DNA from: Octopus sinensis
Taxonomy: Eukaryota
Direction of reading: 5' to 3'
DNA length: 64,000 bases
NCBI RefSeq assembly: GCF_006345805.1
Contig: NC_043017.1
Location: forward strand, 25,358,001-25,422,000
Both the position numbers and the translations under genes were made by a program. Positions 40,204-53,889 of the stretch are shown piece by piece. How positions within the stretch are numbered: position 1 is the stretch's first letter; each line of letters starts with the position of its first letter. Under the pieces are notes generated by a model that was given only the letters and a program-made list of their open reading frames with translations, was not told the origin of the DNA and made no database searches.

Positions 40204-40664
40204 ACTTTCCCCGAGCATCAGACTAATACACCTGCGTGTTGTTCATACACCTTTGTCTTTATCTTTTGTTTTATCTGTGAATTTCAACTATATGGTGGTG
40301 GTGGTGGTGGTGGTGGTGGTGGTAGTGTCAGTGATGGCAGCAGTCATGCTGATGGTAGTGATGGTGGAGGTGGTGGAAATGGTGGTAGCCTGGGCAACAT
40401 TGGTGGTGGTGGTGGTGGTGGTGGTGATGGTTATGGTGACAGTGGTGGTGGTGGTTTTAGTGGCAGTGATGGTGATAGTCATGCTGATGGTAGTGATGGT
40501 GGAGGTGGTGGAAATGGTGGGAGCCTGGGCAACATTGGTGGTGGTGGTGATGGTGGTAGTAGTAGTAGTAGTAGTGGTGGTAGTAGTAGTGGTGATGGTA
40601 GTAGTAGTAGTGGTGGTGGTGGTAGTAGTAGTAGTAGTAGGAGGAGGAGGCCAGAGGAGGGGTA

Positions 40665-40832
40665 GGCGCAGGAGTGGCTGTGTGGTAAGTAGCTTGTTTA
40701 CCAACCACATGGTTCCGGGTTCAGTCCCACTGCGTGGCATCTTGGGCAAGTGTCCTCTCTATAGCCTCGGTCCGACCAAGCCTAGTGAGTGGATTGGTAG
40801 ACGGAAACTGAAAGAAGCCTTTCGTATATATG

Positions 40833-40866
<34 letters not shown>

Positions 40867-40886
40867 ATATATATATATATTTATTA

Positions 40887-40934
<48 letters not shown>

Positions 40935-41200
40935 ATATATATTATATAATATTTTATATATATATATATATATTATATATCTATATATAATGTATGTGTG
41001 TGTATATGTTTGTGTGTCTTGACAACCGATGCTGGTGTGTTTACGTCCCCGTCACTTAGCGGTTCGGCAAAAGAGACCAGTAGAATAATTACTGGGCTTA
41101 CAAAGAATAAGTCCCGGGGTCGATTTGTTCGACTAAAGGCGGTGCTCCAGCATGGCCACAGTCAAATGACTGAAACAAGTAAAAGAGTAAAAGAGTAAAG
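40665..41200 (+). mobile_element. SINE family B (CORE-type), full length with internal (TA)n
   Basis: Head ggcgcaggagtggctgtgtggtaag (A box), ggttcagtccc (B box), CORE-like cttgggcaagtgtc, and tail aagtaaaagagtaaaagagt. Confidence 0.87.
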
Positions 41201-41504
41201 TAAATATATAGACACACCTGTCTGTTGGTTTCATAAATCACTTAAGTCTGCCCATGTATGCATTGCTTTTAGTGGGTGAAGTTGAATGCATCAACATCAT
41301 GACACTGAAACATAGTCTTGTTCTAAAGAGTTGGTTCCCTTTTGATATCTAAACACAGATTTACACTGAAATTCATCAGTACACACACACGTGTGTGTGC
41401 ATGCACAATCATTCGTTTTTAGAGGGGAAATATTACTTTATTTGGGAACAGGTGAAGGTTGCCAACAGGTAGGGCATCCAGCTGTGGAGAATTTGCCTTA
41501 GTTT

Positions 41505-42069
41505 TTAACTCTTCAGCAATCAGATTACCCTGCCAAAAGTAGGAGCACTCTGTCGGTTGTGACGACGAGGGTCCCAGCTGATACGATCAACGGAACAGCT
41601 TGCTTGTGAAATTAACGTGCAAGTGGCTGAGTACTACACAGACACGTGTACCCTTAACAAATTTCCCGGGGAGATTCGGCGTGACACAGTGTGTGACAAG
41701 GCTGGCCCTTTGAAATACTGGTACTACTCATTTTTGCCAACTGAGTGGACTGGAGCAATGTGAAATAAAGTGTCTTGCTCAAGGACATCATGCGCTGCCG
41801 GGAATTGAACTCACGACTATACGATCATGAGTCAAATGCCCCTAACCACTAAGCCACGTGCCTTCACTGCCAAATGTTATGCCTATATATTCACGTTGTT
41901 TTGAATTCATTTTGCTTCATCTTGTAGCTTCACAATTTCAAGATATGATTGTTTACCTTTGCAATGACAATGTTGGGTAGGTGTGAGAAGCCAGATCTTG
42001 CCAGTTTGAACAATAAATGGGTAGAATATTTGGAGCAAATAGGGTTTGTTTTAAATGCCAAAGGGTTAA
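41505..42069 (+). mobile_element. piggyBac-type MITE interrupted by a SINE (41538-41866, minus strand)
   Basis: MITE ends ttaactcttcagcaatcagatt and aatgccaaagggttaa. The SINE is flanked by the TSD ctgccaaa (41530-41537 and 41867-41874). Confidence 0.8.
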
Positions 42070-42903
42070 GCCAGTACTCACATGCTATTATTTGTAGCTT
42101 TATTTGCTTCAAGATTCAATGTTCCAAAAAAAAAAAAATAAAAATCACTTCGCATTTTCAAAAGTTTCCAAATTCTTCTGACGTCAACAGCACACGCATG
42201 CTTGTCTATAACGAACTACAGGCTGAACGAAGACAATCGACAATCGGTAGCTATAAGCCAGTGATTGATTAGCTTGTTGGCTTAATGAATATCCTTCATA
42301 TTATCTCACTTTATCTGACACCCCACCACCACCACCACCACCGCCGCCGTCGCCACACTTTCCACCCTACCCACCCTCGCTTGCTTGAAAGACCCTCCCC
42401 ACCTTTTGTATTCATTTTCCTGACAGCTGCTCTTGTTCTTTACATACATTGGTAACTCTGTTCTTTGATTCTTTGATATTCATCAACCCCCCCCACTACC
42501 ACCAGTGTTTCTCTGCACACATAATATACATATATTATATATATATATACATATAAAAAATATATATATATATATATACACACACATATATATATATATA
42601 TAGACACACACACACAAAGCATACACAGAATATGTATATGTAGCCACAATATATATATATATATATGCGCATATGATGTGTATTCTTCTACATACGCCTA
42701 TACTGTTTTGGAATATGTTAATCCTATTATGTAATACTTAATATTTTTAGTACATGACTCTCTTTCCTTTTCTGCTGGCTGTGTTTTCTCTTTTTTTCTT
42801 CCTTTTTCTTCCTCTCCTTTCTCTCTTCTTGCTTCCATTTCACGTTTGGAGACTAAATCTTAGCTTACTGTCATTTGTATTTCATGTCTTATATGTATAT
42901 TTG

Positions 42904-42938
<35 letters not shown>

Positions 42939-43049
42939 ATGTGTGTGTGTGTATATGCTTGTACATATGTACGTATGTGTGTGTTTGTGTGTGTGTATAT
43001 ATATATGCTTATACTTATGTGTATATGTGTGTGTGTGTGTATGCTTGCA

Positions 43050-44010
43050 CATGTATGTGTGTAAGCATATGCGTGTGTGTGTGTATGCTTGTATATATTT
43101 ATGTGCGTGTGTGTGTGTGTTTGTACATGTGCGTGTATGTATGCTTGTACATATGTGTGTGAGCATATGTGTATATGTGTCTATGCTTGTACATATTTAT
43201 GTGCGTGTGTGTGTGTTTGTACATATGCATGTGTGTGTGTATGCTTATACCTGTGTATGTGTGTGAGCATGTGTGTGTGTATGTGTCTGTATGCTTGTAC
43301 ATATTTATGTGCGTGTGTGTGTGTTTGTATATATGCATGTGTGTGTGTATGCTTATACCTGTGTGTGTGTGAGCTGTGAGGCATGTGTGTGTATGTATAG
43401 GCCTGTATGCTTGTACATATTTATGTGCGTGTGTTGTGTTTGTACTATGCATGTGTGTGTGCATGCTTATACCTGTGTACGTGTGTGAGCATGTGTGTAT
43501 ATGTGTCTGTATGTTTGTACATATTTATGTGCGTGTGTGTGTGTTTGTACATATGCATGTGTGTGTGTATGCTTATACCTGTGTACGTGTGTGAGCATGT
43601 GTGTGTATATGTGCCTGTATGCTTGTACATATTTATGTGAGTGTGTGTGTGTTTGTACATATGCATGTGTGTGCATGCTTATACCTGTGTACGTGTGTGA
43701 GAATGTGTGTATATGTGTCTGTATGCTTGTACATATTTATGTGAGTGTGTGTGTGTTTGTACATATTTATGTGAGTGTGTGTGTGTATGCTTATACCTGT
43801 GTATGTGTGTGAGCATGTGTGTCTGTATGCTTGTACATATTTATGTGAGTGTGTGTGTGTATGCTTATACCTGTGTACGTGTGTGAGCATGTGTGTGTAT
43901 ATGTGTCTGTATGCTTGTACATATTTATGTGAGTGTGTGTGTGTGTATGCTTATACCTGTGTATGTGTGTGTGTATGTGTGTCTGTATGCTTGTACATAT
44001 TTATGTGCGT
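43050..44010. repeat. TG-rich compound minisatellite (about 90-110 bp units; tatgcttgtacatatttatgtg / tatgcttatacctgtgta)
   Basis: Directly visible recurring spacers. Confidence 0.8.
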
Positions 44011-44677
44011 ATGCGTGTGTTTGTACATATATATGTGTGCGTGTGTGTATATGTGTATATGTGCGTGTGTGTGCATGTGTGTGTGTGTTAATGTGTTTAT
44101 ATATATGTATAAATGTGTACGTATGAATCATAATGTTTTGCCGAAGAAGTTAAATGGCAAAGAAACAAAAGAACAAAGGAAAAAAAAAAAAAGCAACAAC
44201 GAAATACAAACAAATAAAAAAAAAAGCTAATAATAATAAAAAAAAAAACAAAAACACAGTTAAAATAAAAGAAGCAACATCAAGAGCCAGGTGTACCTTG
44301 GGGTGGATTTTGGTGTGGCTGGTTGGTTGTTTATACGTGGTAGTAAAATCTGGATAATATTGATAAGGTTTTAAGCTTTTGTTTACTGTTATGAGATTAT
44401 TATTAATTATATCATGTATATTACAGACTATTCTCTTTGCTTTTGTCGTCATTGTCGTCGTCATAGTAGTAGTATTAGTAATGGTTATTGTGATTGTTGT
44501 TGTGGTTGTTGTTGTTGTTGTTGTTGTTAACCAGCAAAACCTCAAAAGCTTTGTAATGTTGCGTAGTAGCTCTTTTTTTAGTCGTTACACAAAGAACTCG
44601 GAGTGAAGCAATGTTCCGTAAGAACAGATCAAGAGGTAAAACTGCAAACTAGTCATTTAGATTATGATGTGTTTTAG

Positions 44678-44720
<43 letters not shown>

Positions 44721-45251
44721 TTGCTGTATATTTGTTGGCTTGTTTGTATTATTGTTATTATTATTATTATTATTATTATTTAGTGAGCTTGAAGAATGGT
44801 TAGCGCACTGGGCAAAACGCTTTGTGGCATTCCGCTGAGATTGGCTTTGCCTTTCATCCTTTCGGGGTCAATAAAATAAGTACCAGTCATGTACTGGAGT
44901 GGATGTGATTGAAATACCCCTTCCCCAAATTTCAGGCCTTGTGCCTATAATAGAAAGGATTATTATTATTATTATTATTGAGTGAGAGAGCAGTGCATGC
45001 CATCAAAGTGACACTGGGGTAAAATATACGAAGCCCAATATACCCATCATGACTACCCGTCTGATAAAGGTACACCAGGTACATGCATCACAACCATATG
45101 TGCGCGACATGGTGATCTCATATCAAAATAAACAGCACATGACCTTGCAGGTGGGGCCCAATTAGAATTTTCTTCAGGCTGAGTAGCCCATCCCGCTCAA
45201 AAGGTCCCTGAACAAGGGTTGTTGTTATTATTATTATTGTTGTTATTATTA

Positions 45252-45292
<41 letters not shown>

Positions 45293-45470
45293 TAGTGAAC
45301 TTGAAGAATGGTTAGCGCACTGGGCAAAACGCTTTGTGGCATTCCGCTGAGATTGGCTTTGCCTTTCATCCTTTCGGGGTCAATAAAATAAGTACCAGTC
45401 ATGTACTGGGGTCGATGTGATTGACTTACCCCTTCCCCAAATTTCAGGCCTTGTGCCTATAATAGAAAGG

Positions 45471-45530
<60 letters not shown>

Positions 45531-45897
45531 GTTTCCTTCTTTCTGCAAATTTTCTTCTGTTTCTTGTTGAGTGTTTTCTGTACACTTAGGGCAGAGAAGC
45601 TCATTGTATGCATTCCCAGATTACACATGCAAATTCACAGGTAAATATGTATTTAAAAAATTAATAGATAAATAAATTCATGGATGGATGTTGTTTTCAC
45701 AGCGATAATGCTCTTCTCAGTACATGAGCTGCTCCAGTTAACACGATTTTTTGCACTTCCTGTAGCAATGGTAAGTCTGGTATCATTTTCAGATGGGTTT
45801 CAGTACCTTTTTTTTTTATCATTCCTAGAGATCCTACAATCACTGGTACTGTAGTCGCCTTGAGATGCCACATTTTTTTCAATTTCTATTAGCAATT
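45531..45897 (-). mobile_element. Second R4/Dong-like RLE LINE 3' end
   Basis: Reads IEIEKMWHLKATTVPVIVGSLGMIKK...EVQKIVLTGAAHVLRRALSL*, homologous to the C-terminus of ORF 14331-15026. The 3' UTR runs into (TAA)n. Confidence 0.8.
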
Positions 45898-46819
45898 CTA
45901 TTCATTGTCTCCTAAGCAAGAAATTAGTTGATGAGCAGCTGCAGTTGTCTGAGTGTTGGATTGTATGTCTTTATGTTCTGGTATTTGCTTCAGCTCAACA
46001 CTCTATGCTGTGAGTTCAAATGGTGGTATTTGCAAGTCCGTCCAGCTATAGAAGTCACGCCAAACCTGACATAGGAGCTCAACATGACCCTGTAGCTGTC
46101 TGGATCTGTCAAACCATCCACCCCATGCCAGCATGGAAAATGGATGTTAAATGATGATGATAACATCCTTATGTTTTGTACAAGATAATACCATGTTATT
46201 TGAGGAAGATTTTGCTGCTATATCTGGCAGGTTGCTAGTTTGTATGGTTTAGTGGTTATGGCATATTGGTGACATTTTGCCAATCATTCTGATTGCTTTT
46301 TTTTTTAATTTGGAAAAAAAAATTTAGATATGATAAAAGATTTTGTGTGTGATATCAGCAGTCGTGTCCTAGATATGCGAGGAACTCCATTCAATAAATG
46401 GTTATCTGTTAATAGCTATATACTGTATCATGCAACTTGATGAGAGAGAGAGAGAGCAAGCATGGTCCTGATTTCATGAAAGCTGAACAAGACCTCAATT
46501 GATGGATCAAATTCACACTTGCAATCATCCAGTTGTCATGCTTACATTCTCTCTTGAGAAGTTTTATCACGCTCGGCTATTTTAGAGCAATATTAAATAT
46601 ATGCTCTTATATAGAATTAACTCTCTTGGTACAAACCTGCCTCTGACTGCCTTTTGATCCCATAATGTGGAACCACCCCTTTTTTTTTTCTTTATAATGT
46701 GTGCATATTTAAATGAATGGCTTAGGTTTGTTGGTGAAAAAATGTGTTTGCCAATTAGTGTAATGGCTTTTAATTTTATTGGCTTGTGTGCTGGCTTGGC
46801 TGTGTGGTAAGAAGTTTGC

Positions 46820-47049
46820 GGCAAGCTGGCAGAAACGTTAGCACGCCGGGTGAAATACTTAGCAGGATTTCATCTGCTGTTACGTTCTGAGTTCAAATTC
46901 AGCCGAGGTCGACTTTGTCTTTCGTCCTTTCGGGGTCGATAAATTAAGTACCAGTTATGCACTGGTGTCGATGTAATTGACTTAATCCCTTTGTCTATCC
47001 TTGTTTGTCCCCCTCTATGTTTAGCCCCTTGTGGGCAATAAAGAAATAG
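46820..47049 (+). mobile_element. SINE family A inserted into the head of a family B SINE
   Basis: TSD gaagtttgc at 46811-46819 and 47050-47058. The family B sequence resumes after the insertion. Confidence 0.82.
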
Positions 47050-47646
47050 GAAGTTTGCTTTCCAACCACATGGTTTTGGGTTCAGTCTCAATGTGTGGCA
47101 CCCTGGGTATTGCCCTTGGCCAACCAAAGCCTTGCGAGTGGATTTGGTAGTTGGAAACTGAAAGAAGCCCCCATCATGTGTGTGTGTGAGTCTGAGTGTT
47201 TTCTTGTCCTGACATTGCTTGACCGTTGTAAAATGATTGTCATTGTCATTTAAGAAAGGAAGAAGAGAAGGAAGGAAGGAAGAAAGAAAGAAAGAGAAAG
47301 AAAGAAAGAAGTGTCATAGTCATTTCCAGTATTCTGTGAAACATGTTTGGCTGTGGGGGAAATATTGCCTTGCTTGGAAAAAGATAAGGGTTGGCTACAG
47401 GAAGGGCATCCAGCTAAAGAAGGTCTACCCCCACTAAACTCCATCCGTCTTATTTGTCTTATGCAAGCATTAAAACAGTGATGATGACAGACGATTAGGA
47501 AAAAATATTACACTCACTGATTTTAGCCAAATCTAACATGTCTAGATATATATCATATTATATATTATATATCCATCCATCCATCCTCCTTCCTTCCTTT
47601 CTTTCTTTCTTCTTTTTTCTTCCTTCCTTCCTTCCTTCCTTCCTTC

Positions 47647-47681
<35 letters not shown>

Positions 47682-48372
47682 TCCCTCCTTTCTTTCTTCC
47701 TTTCTTTCTTCCTTCCTTTCTTTCTGTCTGTCTGTCTATCTTTCTTCCTTCCTTCCCTTCTTTCTTTCTTTCTTTTTTTCTTGTTTCTTTCTTTCTTCCT
47801 TCACTCCTTTTTCTTTTTCTTCCTTTCTTTCCCTCCTTTCTTTCTTCCTTTCTTTCTTCCTTCCTTTCTTGTTGTCTGTCTGTCTATCTTATTTCCTCCT
47901 CCTTCTCTTCTTATTTCTTTATTTTTGTTTAGTTCGTTCTTCTTCACTCCTTTTTCTTTCTTTCTTCCTTCCTTCCTTCCTTCCTTCCATCCTTTCTTCC
48001 TTCCTTCCTGCCTTCCTTTCTTTGTTTCTTTCTTCCTTCCTTCCTTTCTTCCTTTTTTCTTCCTTCCCTTCTTCCTTCCTTCCTCCCTTCCTTCCCTACC
48101 TTCTTTCTTTCTTTCTTTCTTTCTTTTTTTTTTATTTATTTATTTATTTATTTATTTAGGGATCTGGAGTCAGGGCTTGCCAGTAGAGCAATTAAGACTT
48201 GAAGGTTTAGATTGATTCTCCCTTGATGGCATTTATAATAGAAAACGTGGCTTGTGTTTGTCAAATTAATTGGGAAAGTAATCAAGAATTAGGAGGGATT
48301 TAGTATAAAGTAATTAGTATTTCTTATCCTTAATCTGATCTTTGTAACGATGTGGATGTAGATGCATGTACA

Positions 48373-48765
48373 GGCATGTGCTTAAGAAGCTTGCTCTGCA
48401 GCCGTGTGGTTTTGGGTTCAGTATCACTGCACAGCAGCTTGGGTGGGTGTCTTTTACTGTAGCCCCAGGCTGACCAAAAGCCTTTTCACTGAATTTGGTT
48501 AATGGAAACTGTGTGGAAGCCCATTGTGTGTGTATGTGTATACGTGTGTGTCTTTGTGTTTGTCCCTCCGCACTGCTTAACGACCAGGGTTAGTTTCTTT
48601 ATGTCCCCTTAACTTATCAGTTTGGCAAAAAAGAGCATTAGAATAAGTATTGGGTTTAAAAAGACAATAAGACATAAGGTCTGGGGTCCATTTATTTGGC
48701 TAAAAGCTCTTCAAGGTGCTGCCCCAGCATGGCCACAGTTAAATGAAACAAGTAAAAAGATAAAA
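48373..48765 (+). mobile_element. SINE family B, older copy
   Basis: Colinear with 40665-41200. Confidence 0.75.
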
Positions 48766-49325
48766 AGTTAAAGGTTATTATGTTTTTAAAATTATGACTG
48801 GAAGATTATGGTTTAAATATGAGCACTTTAAAATGGGTAATTTTGTATGATAGAAGTCAAGATAGTCTTAGGCAGGTTATAGCGTGGTAAGGTCTGTGTT
48901 TTCTCACTAATCCAATTGAACAACCCTGAATTACTATTGCCCTTCCTAACGTCAACCACTCTAAGAATGTAGTTGGTAGTTTTTACGTGCCACCAGCACA
49001 GGGGCCAGTTACGGAACACCAGCATCGACCATGACAGTGATCTTAGTTGGCTTGACGGGTCTTCCCAAGCCTGGTATATTATCAAAGGTCATGGTCATTT
49101 GTCACTGCCTCCCTCCATGCAGCCCAATGTTCAAAAGGTGCTTTTTACATGCCACTGGCATATATGATGGACTTCTACACAATTTCCATCCACCAAATTT
49201 ACTTACTAGTCTTTGGTTGACTTGAGACCGAAGTGCTGTGCAGTAGGACTGAACCTGAAATCATGTGGTTTGCAAGGCAAACTTGTTAACCACACAGTTA
49301 CGCCTGTGCATTTTATTTATTTATT

Positions 49326-50068
49326 CTTTTATTCTTTTGCTTGTTTCAGTCATTTGACTGTGGCCATGCTGGAGCATCGCCTTTAGTCGAGCAAGGAATT
49401 ATTCTTTGTAAGCCTATTACTTATTCTATCGGTCTCTTTCGCCGAACCACTAAATTATGGGGACATAAACACACCAACATTGGTTGTTAAGCAATGGTGG
49501 GGGTACAAACACAGACACACAAACATATCTATTATATAAAATCCATTCTGTCTTCTGTGTGTGTGTCTTCTAGGATCTTGAGCATCCTCCATCCAATTGC
49601 GCTCAAATTTGATATGTAGATACTGATGATATCGGGGCGTGTATAAGTCTTGAAAAAATCACAAAAATCAATTCCAGGTGAGAATGCAATTGATAAAGTG
49701 GATAAAATCGTTTTTCTTGGGAATAGAAAAAAAAGTCTATCTTTATTTCTTCTTTTGCTAGTGTCTCAAATTTAGGTTAAATCAGTGTTTCTCAAAGGGG
49801 AGGCCTATGGGACAAGTTGTTTTGAGAAAATTTGGTTTAAATGTTTGACAACTCAGCACCGTCCATTGTGTGTTTTGCTCGTATATATATATATATATAT
49901 ATATATACGATGGGCTTCTTTTGGTTTCCATCTACCAAATCCACTCACAAGGCTTTGATTGGCCTGAGGCTATAGCAGAAAACAACTTGCCTGAGGTGCC
50001 ATGCAATGGGACTGAACCCAGAACCATGTGGTTGGTAAGCGAGCTACTTACCACACAGCCACTCCTGC
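49326..50068 (-). mobile_element. SINE family B interrupted by a Helitron-like element (49528-49881)
   Basis: The SINE halves join at the internal microsatellite. The insert starts A|TCTATTATATAAAA, has ccaattgcgctcaaatttg (compare ccgattctgatgaaacttg in the 33454 Helitron), and ends ...gttttgCTCG|T. Confidence 0.7.
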
Positions 50069-50338
50069 ACTTATTTATTTATATTTTTACATTAAATTTC
50101 AAAGTTTTACATTAGATTACTAATGTTATTTCCATTTAGCTACTGCTTCGTCTCTCTGTATCAATTCTCTTAATTACTACCTGTAATGTTAATTTATTTC
50201 TTCATGCAGAAAATTTTAATACCAATATAATTATAATTACACTGATAATCGTTACTATAGTTACTCTCTTTATTATACATGCATTATAACTTATTGGCAA
50301 TACTCTCTCTCTCTCTTTGTCTGTATACCTATACATAT

Positions 50339-50372
<34 letters not shown>

Positions 50373-50667
50373 TATATATATATATATATATATATGCATG
50401 CATGCACCATTTCTTCAATGTTCTGATGAAAATTAGCATTCATTAATTTCTTTGGCCGTTCAGCTTCTCTCAACTGATCAATAAGAGTAAACCTACCAGT
50501 AACGTACCTATAACGACTACTAGAAACAACAGTAAACCAAATTTACTCTAGCAAAGGAAAAATATGTAATAACCATTATTTATACCTTGTCATATATACA
50601 TATAAATATATGTATGCATATATATATATATATATTATATATATTATATATATTATATATATATATA

Positions 50668-50977
50668 TAATAATTAGGGTTCAGCAAAGATTTGCTTTAC
50701 CACATACCGAAGTTTGGAAATAGCAGCCAAAAAACGTTAGTTATTTCTTCTACTTTAAAAAGGGACTCCCAGAAAAACCAAAATACTTGAAAACAAAGCA
50801 CACAGGCAGAGAGGAAGAAGTAACGAAAATCAATCAATATCTGGTGGTTTGTTTTCAAGTATTTTGGTTTTTCTGGGAGTCCCTTTTTAAAGTAGAAGAA
50901 ATAGCTAACGTTTTTTGGCTGCTATTTCTAAACTTCGGTATGTGGTAAAGCAAATCTTTGCTGAACCCTAATTATTA
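50668..50977. repeat. Long near-perfect inverted repeat (134-bp arms, 42-nt spacer)
   Basis: 50668-50801 is the reverse complement of 50844-50977 with 3 mismatches. Confidence 0.95.
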
Positions 50978-51325
50978 AGTATTACTTAAGTTTACCATGA
51001 AATGGTCCTTTTTTCATGCCGAATTCTACTTGTTGAAATTATTGATTACTTCTTAATTAGTTAATTTTACCCTTTGTTATTTTTGATATAAATATATATA
51101 TGAAAGAGATAATGGTGTCATTGAGACCCAAAGGTGTCAGGTAATGCTGAATAAGTGCTATAGACAGATCATAGTTAAGTTCCAGATTCGGTAATTTTGC
51201 GAATAAGGGGTTCAGCGTTGGTTCTATGTCAGCGTGTGTATATAAGAATTTTTTGTGTAATAAGATAAAAAACAAGGCTGTGTAAATATTAGAACATTTA
51301 TATAGGTAGAAATAAAATAATAATA

Positions 51326-51690
51326 ACAAGAGCACTCAGAGGGTGCAAAGCTCTGCCAAGGCAACACCAATGTCCTCCCAACAATTGGCCAGAGATGATT
51401 TTTAAAATGAAAATATCTGAAATAAACTCAACTGCTCTCACAAACGAGATTACTAAAATTGAACCCGACTGCTCTCAAAAAATAAGTAAAAGAAAAAGAG
51501 GAAAAATAATTTAGAATCTTTGTCTGGTGTCGGATCAATCCCCAAATCTAATCAGTTTGTGCCAGTCACGAGACCAAACATCCCTGAAAGTTTCATCTGA
51601 ATCTATCCAGTGGTTCTTGAGATATCTTGTCTACAGACACAGACAAGCATGACTGAAATCAATACCTCTGCCTTTGCTAAGGCGGAGGTA
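51326..51690. mobile_element. Helentron-associated (HINE/DINE-1-like) non-autonomous element
   Basis: One end reads acaagagcactcagagggtgc...ctctgccaagg. The other end is a hairpin, acctctgcctt-tgct-aaggcggaggt, with asymmetric sub-terminal inverted repeats. Flanks are A/T-rich. Confidence 0.65.
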
Positions 51691-52926
51691 ATAATAATAA
51701 TAATAATAATAATGATAATAATAATAATAATAATAGTCCTTTCTACTAAAGGCACAAGTCCTGATTTTTTGGGGATGTGGGGGCTAGTCGATTACATTGA
51801 CTCCAGTATGCAACTGGTACTTGCTTTATTGTATCCGAAAGGATGAAAGGCAAATTTGACCTTGGTGGAATTTGAACTCAGAATGTAAAGATGGATGAAA
51901 TGCTGCTAAGCGTTCTGCCTGGTGTGCTAATGACTCTGCCAACTCACCACCTTGATAATAATTATAATGATGATGATGATTATTTCAAATTTTGGCACAA
52001 GGCCATCAATGTTGGGTGAGGGGACTACATTGATCCCGGTATTCAACTGGTACTTAAGGGCCCCTTTGATGCCTGTTTTACTCAGATGGGCCCCCATAAA
52101 CACTTGATGTCTATTTTTATAATTAAATATTATTAGGAATTGTCTAAAAAAGACCAAAAAATTCTTAGAGCATTTTGTAGCATTGTAAAAGTATAACCAA
52201 TTTATTGCAGATGAATTTTAACAAAATCATCTTATACGGACCCGTAAGGGCCATTACGGACCTCTTTTGAGAGCCACTGCTACACAATCTTAAAATGTTT
52301 TGTAGTCGTTCACCACTAACATAATCACTATCTTTGCCTTTGTCTTTTCCATATTTGTAATCAAGGAAATTATAGTCTTAGCACAAGAACGTTCCATACT
52401 ATTACATCCAGCATTATTCTGCTACAATTCTACATTCCTCCAAGTGACCGTTCTTCCCTCACACACCTGCAATAATATTCAACCACCATTCACCTATAAT
52501 AGAATTCCTATTACATATCAAATTAACTATTTAATACCCATGCACAGTCTTCCTCTAAAAAAAAAAAAAAAAAAAGCCAATGAGCAAAATGTTTTGACAG
52601 CTTGTTAAATTACTGTCCTTATACTGTGACCTTATAAAGACATAAAATTAAAATTTCCTCTGTTAAATATCTGTTGATTTAATTCCTAATATTCCAATTA
52701 GCCTAAATTACCTGAATGCATTATAATTAGCTCAAAGACTAACAGTATTTTTTTGCTCTCCAAATATTTCTAGATTATTATAACTTTGCCTTCTATTTAA
52801 TTATATTTTTCAACTAAAATAACTCTCCTATGCACTAACCCCTATTTGCTCACACACACGGGCACATTGACTGTTTTATTATTTTGTCTTATTACTGTGA
52901 CTGCAAGTCAATATGGAGCATACTTA

Positions 52927-53582
52927 AAGTAGTGAGCTGGCAGAAATGTTAGCACGCTGGGCGAAATGCTTAGCGGTATTTCGTCTGCTGTTACATTCTG
53001 AGTTCAAATTCCGCTGAGGTTGACTTTGCCTTTCATCCTTTCGCTGTTGATAAATTAAGTACCAGTTATGCACTGGGGTTGATATAATTGACTTAATCCG
53101 TTTGTTTGTCCTTGTTTGTCCCCTCTATGTTAGCCCCTTGTGGGCAATAAAGAAATAAGAAATGTTAGCATGCTGGGCGAAATGCTTAGCAGTATTTCGT
53201 CTGTCTTTATGTTCTGAGTTCAAATTCCGCCGAGGTCGACTTTGCCTTTCATGCTTTTGGGGTTCAACAAATTAAGTACCAGTTGTGTACTGGGGTCGAT
53301 CTAATTGACTGGTCCCTTCCCCCAAAATTTCGGGTCTTGTGCCTAGAGTAGAAAAGAATAATCAGCATACTTAAGGCAGGGCGCTGGATGTGACGTTAGC
53401 ACACCAGGTAAAATGCTTGGCAGCATTTTGTCTGTTTTCATGTTCTGAGAGTTCAAATTCTGCCAAGGTCAACTTTACTGTTCGTTGTTTTGGTATTGAT
53501 AAAATAAGTACCAGTTGCGCACTGGGGTTGATGTAACTGACTTCTTCTTATGAAATTGCTGGCCATGTGTCAAAATTTGAAA
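52927..53582 (+). mobile_element. Three consecutive SINE family A copies
   Basis: gttctgagttcaaattc recurs at about 52996, 53211 and 53442. Confidence 0.8.
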
Positions 53583-53759
53583 CCAGTATTTAGCATACTT
53601 GGGGTAAATGTAATATACACTACAGGTGCAGGAGTGACTGTGTGGTACGTAGTTTGCTTTACCAACCAAATGGTTCCGAGTTCAGTCTCTTCTACTGTAG
53701 CCTTGGGCTGACCAAAGCCTGATGCTCTAACCACTGAGCCATGAACCTTCACTGGTCAC

Positions 53760-53790
<31 letters not shown>

Positions 53791-53889
53791 CATATATGTA
53801 TGCATATCTCAGCAAGAGATCAATTCAATTGAATTTTGTCTCAGGAGATCTGGTACCTGTTGTTCTGCTCTGCTGAGGAACAAAAGTAA

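Noticed and set aside
39150-40867. Thr/Pro/His-rich and Val-rich ORFs (mucin-like)
   Set aside because: They are products of (ACC)n/(GGT)n low-complexity sequence and an inverted duplication, with no credible splice or homology support.
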